Shown one piece after another: positions 59,801 to 64,000 of a stretch of DNA of 64,000 nucleotides. Each line of letters starts with the position of its first letter. Within the stretch, counting starts at the first letter, position 1. A model generated the notes under the pieces. That model worked only from the letters and a program-made list of their open reading frames with translations. It searched no databases and had not been told where the DNA came from. Made by a program: the position numbers and the translations under genes. The DNA is taken from the IMG/VR virus record IMGVR_UViG_3300023174_000033, positions 310,001 through 374,000 of that record. One strand, written 5' to 3'.

Positions 59801-62800
59801 ATGGCAACAAACAAAATCGTCAATATCCCACAATGGATCACAGTAGCATCGGCATCAACACCAGAACCAGGATTTAGTACAATCTATCCAAAAAACGGAG
59901 AAATATTTTGGTATGTTCTTGATGATACTAGCACAGAAAAAAGGTTAGCTTTAGATTATTATTGGGGAAAAGGTTTCTCTGCAAGTGCTTTATTACCTTC
60001 TCCAAGTCTTTATGGATATCAAATTGATGTATTGTTGGGTGGTGGTTTAACATTTTCTTCACAAAGTGAGATTACTGTATTTGGTATAACACCAAGTATG
60101 TTATCCATAACTGGAAGTTATGTTGATGGATATGTTTTATCAACTTCAACATATAGTGGTCAATTCAAATGGGTTCCTTACAATTCACCAAATGTTTATG
60201 GTGATGCTAGTAGATTAGCAAAATTTAGTGGCCCTTCAACTTTAACATCATCTCTTATAATTGATACTGGTTCAAGTATAATAATTGGACCTACTCCAGC
60301 TTTCGTATCAGCTTCATTTAGTGTTGCTGGTAATGTAAATGTTGGTAGATTTCTTTATTTCAATGATTCACAAACAAATTATATTGAGAATCAATTAAAT
60401 GGTGGTTTTAATATAAGTACCAGTGATGAATTCTCTGTAAATTTAGCGACTAGTGGTTCATATCCTATAATTGATTTTGATTATGATACCGGTGATATCA
60501 AGAGGTTGAGTTTCATGGGTGGGTTGGTAGAAATAAACGATTACACTTATAGTAATTACTTATCTGCATCAAACTTGGATTATGTTAGTTTTGGTAATAC
60601 TGGTAATGAATTCAAATTAAAGTTAATATCTGGTACCCAAGGAGTTTTACAAATACAAGATGGTGGCCAATCAACTTATAGTGTATTAGTTTCTGATGGA
60701 AGTGGTATTGCTACTTGGCAGAAAATTTCTGGATATAACGGATTAACAAATTCTGGTTTAAATATTGGATTAAATTTATCAACTCGTAGTGGATTAATTG
60801 TTTCTGGCGGATCTGTTAGTTTTGATTATAGTAAAATATCATCACCTATTTCAGTTAGTAATACTGGAACTTTATCACTTGCTACAGTTAGCGTTGTTAC
60901 AGGTGTTACATATGGTTCCGCAACGGAAATTGTTAGATTGAGTGTTGATCAGTTCGGTAGAATTATTAATATTTCAACCGCTTCAGTTACTACAACAACA
61001 GGTCCACAAGGTAGAACTGGTCCACAAGGTACTCGCGGAAATACTGGTCCACAAGGTCCGAGAGGACTAATTGGATTAAATGGTACTACCGGAGCTCAAG
61101 GTAATGGTGGACCAACTGGTCTACAAGGTGCAACTGGCCCACAAGGAACTGGCCCACAAGGTCCAACTGGTCCTGTCGGTTCAACCGGTTTACAAGGTTA
61201 TAGTGGACCTCAAGGTGAAACTGGTCCACAAGGTGAAACTGGTCCACAAGGTTTTTATGGTGATACTGGTCCACAAGGATTACAGGGCGAAACTGGACCA
61301 CAAGGTGATATTGGCCCACAAGGTGTTTATGGTGATACTGGTCCACAAGGTTTACAGGGTCAAATTGGTCCACAGGGATACCAAGGAGATATGGGGCCAC
61401 AGGGATACCAAGGAGATATGGGACCACAAGGTTTCCAGGGTGAAACAGGTCCACAAGGTTATCAAGGTGATATGGGTCCACAAGGATGGCAAGGTGTAAC
61501 AGGACCTCAAGGTTTCCAAGGTGAAACTGGACCACAAGGTGATATGGGTCCACAAGGATGGCAAGGTGTAACAGGACCTCAAGGTTTCCAAGGTGTTTCT
61601 GGTCCACAAGGTGACCAAGGTGATATTGGACCTCAAGGCTTCCAAGGTGAAACAGGTCCACAGGGTTATCAAGGAGATATTGGTTTACAAGGTGAAACTG
61701 GTCCACAGGGATTACAAGGTATATCTGGACCACAGGGTTTACAAGGAGAAACTGGCCCACAAGGTGAAACAGGTCCACAAGGTTATCAAGGAGGTATGGG
61801 ACCACAAGGTTTCCAAGGTGAAACAGGTCCACAAGGTTATCAAGGTGAAACTGGCCCACAGGGTTATCAAGGAGATATAGGACCACAGGGATATCAGGGT
61901 GACATGGGACCACAGGGATATCAGGGTGACATGGGTCCACAAGGTGATATTGGTTATCAAGGTGTGTCTGGTCCACAAGGTGACCAAGGTGATATGGGTC
62001 CTCAAGGGGATATTGGTTTCCAAGGTGACACTGGACCACAAGGATTGCAAGGTTTATCTGGACCGCAAGGTGTTCAAGGTGTAACAGGACCACAAGGTAG
62101 AACAGGGCCTCAAGGTAGAACAGGACCTCAAGGAAGACAAGGTTTAGTAACGACTATTAATCAATCTCCGGTTCAATGGAGATATGAAGGATTGATCGTT
62201 GGAACAGGTCCGGCTCAAAGTAAATTTGAGTCTAATACGAATGTTATAAAAAATGTTGCTACATTTAGGTTTAATTACTTTGATGTGAATAATATTGATT
62301 ATTCCGGTTGGTTTGCTGATTTGGATACTTATATTGTTAATGGACAAAGTTCTTACATTCAAGTTTATGAAAGTTCTTTAACAACACAAAATGGTTTATA
62401 CAAAATTACGGGTGTTAGCACGGCTTCAACGACTCCGGTTTCTTATCAATTAACCGTTACAAATGTTGCTGGTGGTGGTACTTTCAGTGTTGGTAGAACT
62501 TATAGTGTTGTTTGGTCATCATTGCCGGTTGGCCCACAAGGAGATAGTGGTCCACAAGGATTAATTGGTGAAACTGGTTATCAAGGTGAGACTGGACCTC
62601 AAGGTGAAATTGGTTTACAAGGTGTGCAGGGTGTCCAAGGTGTCCAAGGTGTTTCCGGCCCTCAAGGTATTCAAGGAGCTGTTTTACCACTTTCACAAGC
62701 GTTTTCAATTTGGAATTTCAATAGTGCTACATTAAGTACTTTGAGTGAATTCAGTACTAATGATGCTACTCTTCAAAATGTTACAAGTTTTGGAATTTCA

Positions 62801-64000
62801 TATTATGATATCTACAATATTGACCACACAAATTGGTTTGCACAAATAGAAAACTTCGTTCAAAATAATCAAGTAACATATTTATACGTTATTGAAGAAG
62901 GAAATAGCCCGGTTAGAGGTTTATACAGAGTAGACGAAGTTTTTGATAATGGTAGTTTGGGATATGACCTAGGTGTATATCCAATAATATTCGGAGGAAC
63001 CTTCACAAATGGTGTTACTTATTCAATTACTTGGGTTGCTAATGGATCAATGGGTACAACTGGTTCACAAGGTGATATAGGTCCTCAAGGTGATTTCGGA
63101 CCACAAGGTGAGATGGGATTACAAGGGGATATGGGTCCACAAGGTTTCCAAGGTGAAACTGGCCCTCAAGGTTTCCAAGGCGATATGGGACCTCAGGGAG
63201 ACCAAGGTGATATGGGACCTCAAGGTTTCCAAGGAATAATTGGTTTCCAAGGTCAAACTGGACCACAGGGTAGAATGGGTAATACCGGTCTACAGGGTTA
63301 TTCTGGGCCACAAGGTGATACTGGTATTCAAGGTGAAACTGGACCACAAGGTTTCCAAGGTGATTTTGGTTTACAGGGTATGCAAGGTCCTTTAGGAAAC
63401 CCAGCACTTAATATAACTTTCGGACCAACAACTTCAATTTCTGTAACACATAGTAGTTCAGTATATCCTTTGATTCAATTAATTGATACATTTGGAAATA
63501 CTTTCATACCAAACAGCATTATACACACATCTACATCTGAATTTATTTTGAATTTTGCTACTGAATCAAGTGGTACTATAATAATTGGAGGTGGAGCTGG
63601 CCCTCAGGGGGAAATGGGTGTTCAAGGTTATCAAGGGGAAATTGGACCTCAAGGAGACATCGGATTCCAAGGAATTAGCGGACCACAAGGTGAAATGGGT
63701 GTTCAAGGTTATCAAGGAGATATTGGTCCACAAGGTGATATTGGTTTCCAAGGTATTAGTGGTCCACAAGGAGATATGGGACCACAAGGTTATCAAGGTG
63801 ATATGGGTCCACAGGGTAACGAAGGGTTACAAGGTGTTTCTGGACCACAAGGTGACCAAGGTTTGGAAGGTCCACAAGGTGATATGGGTCCACAGGGTGA
63901 CCAAGGTTTTCAAGGTGAAACTGGGCCTCAAGGTTTCCAAGGTTTAGAAGGTCCACAAGGAGATATGGGACCACAGGGTGACCAAGGTTTACAGGGTGTT
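59801..64000 (+). CDS. Collagen-like fibre protein, partial (>1400 aa, runs off the right edge)
   Basis: ATG at 59801 after TAATATATA ([12 protein letters not shown]...), with in-frame Gly-X-Y (GPQGxx) tracts. Missing from the ORF track because there is no stop in the window. Confidence 0.9.
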   Translation, partial: MATNKIVNIPQWITVASASTPEPGFSTIYPKNGEIFWYVLDDTSTEKRLALDYYWGKGFSASALLPSPSLYGYQIDVLLGGGLTFSSQSEITVFGITPSMLSITGSYVDGYVLSTSTYSGQFKWVPYNSPNVYGDASRLAKFSGPSTLTSSLIIDTGSSIIIGPTPAFVSASFSVAGNVNVGRFLYFNDSQTNYIENQLNGGFNISTSDEFSVNLATSGSYPIIDFDYDTGDIKRLSFMGGLVEINDYTYSNYLSASNLDYVSFGNTGNEFKLKLISGTQGVLQIQDGGQSTYSVLVSDGSGIATWQKISGYNGLTNSGLNIGLNLSTRSGLIVSGGSVSFDYSKISSPISVSNTGTLSLATVSVVTGVTYGSATEIVRLSVDQFGRIINISTASVTTTTGPQGRTGPQGTRGNTGPQGPRGLIGLNGTTGAQGNGGPTGLQGATGPQGTGPQGPTGPVGSTGLQGYSGPQGETGPQGETGPQGFYGDTGPQGLQGETGPQGDIGPQGVYGDTGPQGLQGQIGPQGYQGDMGPQGYQGDMGPQGFQGETGPQGYQGDMGPQGWQGVTGPQGFQGETGPQGDMGPQGWQGVTGPQGFQGVSGPQGDQGDIGPQGFQGETGPQGYQGDIGLQGETGPQGLQGISGPQGLQGETGPQGETGPQGYQGGMGPQGFQGETGPQGYQGETGPQGYQGDIGPQGYQGDMGPQGYQGDMGPQGDIGYQGVSGPQGDQGDMGPQGDIGFQGDTGPQGLQGLSGPQGVQGVTGPQGRTGPQGRTGPQGRQGLVTTINQSPVQWRYEGLIVGTGPAQSKFESNTNVIKNVATFRFNYFDVNNIDYSGWFADLDTYIVNGQSSYIQVYESSLTTQNGLYKITGVSTASTTPVSYQLTVTNVAGGGTFSVGRTYSVVWSSLPVGPQGDSGPQGLIGETGYQGETGPQGEIGLQGVQGVQGVQGVSGPQGIQGAVLPLSQAFSIWNFNSATLSTLSEFSTNDATLQNVTSFGISYYDIYNIDHTNWFAQIENFVQNNQVTYLYVIEEGNSPVRGLYRVDEVFDNGSLGYDLGVYPIIFGGTFTNGVTYSITWVANGSMGTTGSQGDIGPQGDFGPQGEMGLQGDMGPQGFQGETGPQGFQGDMGPQGDQGDMGPQGFQGIIGFQGQTGPQGRMGNTGLQGYSGPQGDTGIQGETGPQGFQGDFGLQGMQGPLGNPALNITFGPTTSISVTHSSSVYPLIQLIDTFGNTFIPNSIIHTSTSEFILNFATESSGTIIIGGGAGPQGEMGVQGYQGEIGPQGDIGFQGISGPQGEMGVQGYQGDIGPQGDIGFQGISGPQGDMGPQGYQGDMGPQGNEGLQGVSGPQGDQGLEGPQGDMGPQGDQGFQGETGPQGFQGLEGPQGDMGPQGDQGLQGV
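61001..64000 (+). repeat. Gly-X-Y coding repeats (ggwccwcaagg units)
   Basis: Four tracts: ~61001-62143, 62531-62677, 63044-63403 and 63599-64000. Confidence 0.9.

Noticed and set aside
61001-64000. CRISPR array, or real genes in the short ORFs of both strands
   Set aside because: The repeats are 9/18-nt codon-level Gly-X-Y units in one frame; the other ORFs are shadows of the collagen gene.

Overview
This AT-rich, gene-dense 64 kb window looks like part of a large (jumbo-type) T4-like myophage using the standard genetic code. The host is probably Bacteroidota: there are four TTTG-N19/20-TAnnTTTG promoters, no obvious Shine-Dalgarno signals and an Hc1-type histone-like gene. The window holds baseplate and tail genes (gp6-, gp48/54-, gp53-, gp27- and gp5-like with an M15 peptidase) and replication genes (primase, UvsW, UvsY-like, sliding clamp, split family-B DNA polymerase C-terminal subunit). 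It also carries host-like genes (purB, gmk, clpP, a J-domain protein, an LpxH-like phosphoesterase, glycosyltransferases) and a collagen-like fibre gene that runs off the right edge. The main finding is in the polymerase gene (ATG at 56645, minus strand). It is interrupted exactly inside catalytic motif B (KLVLNGSY|GAF) by a 41-nt GC-rich, stop-containing cUUCGg hairpin element, and a free-standing HNH endonuclease lies next to it. A normal protein needs precise removal or skipping of the 41 nt, by mini-intron splicing or T4 gene 60-like ribosomal bypassing. A second candidate is an unannotated, multi-hairpin, possibly double-pseudoknotted ~190-nt RNA at 9830-10040 with its own terminator. All protein calls come from motif recognition by eye; no database searches were run.
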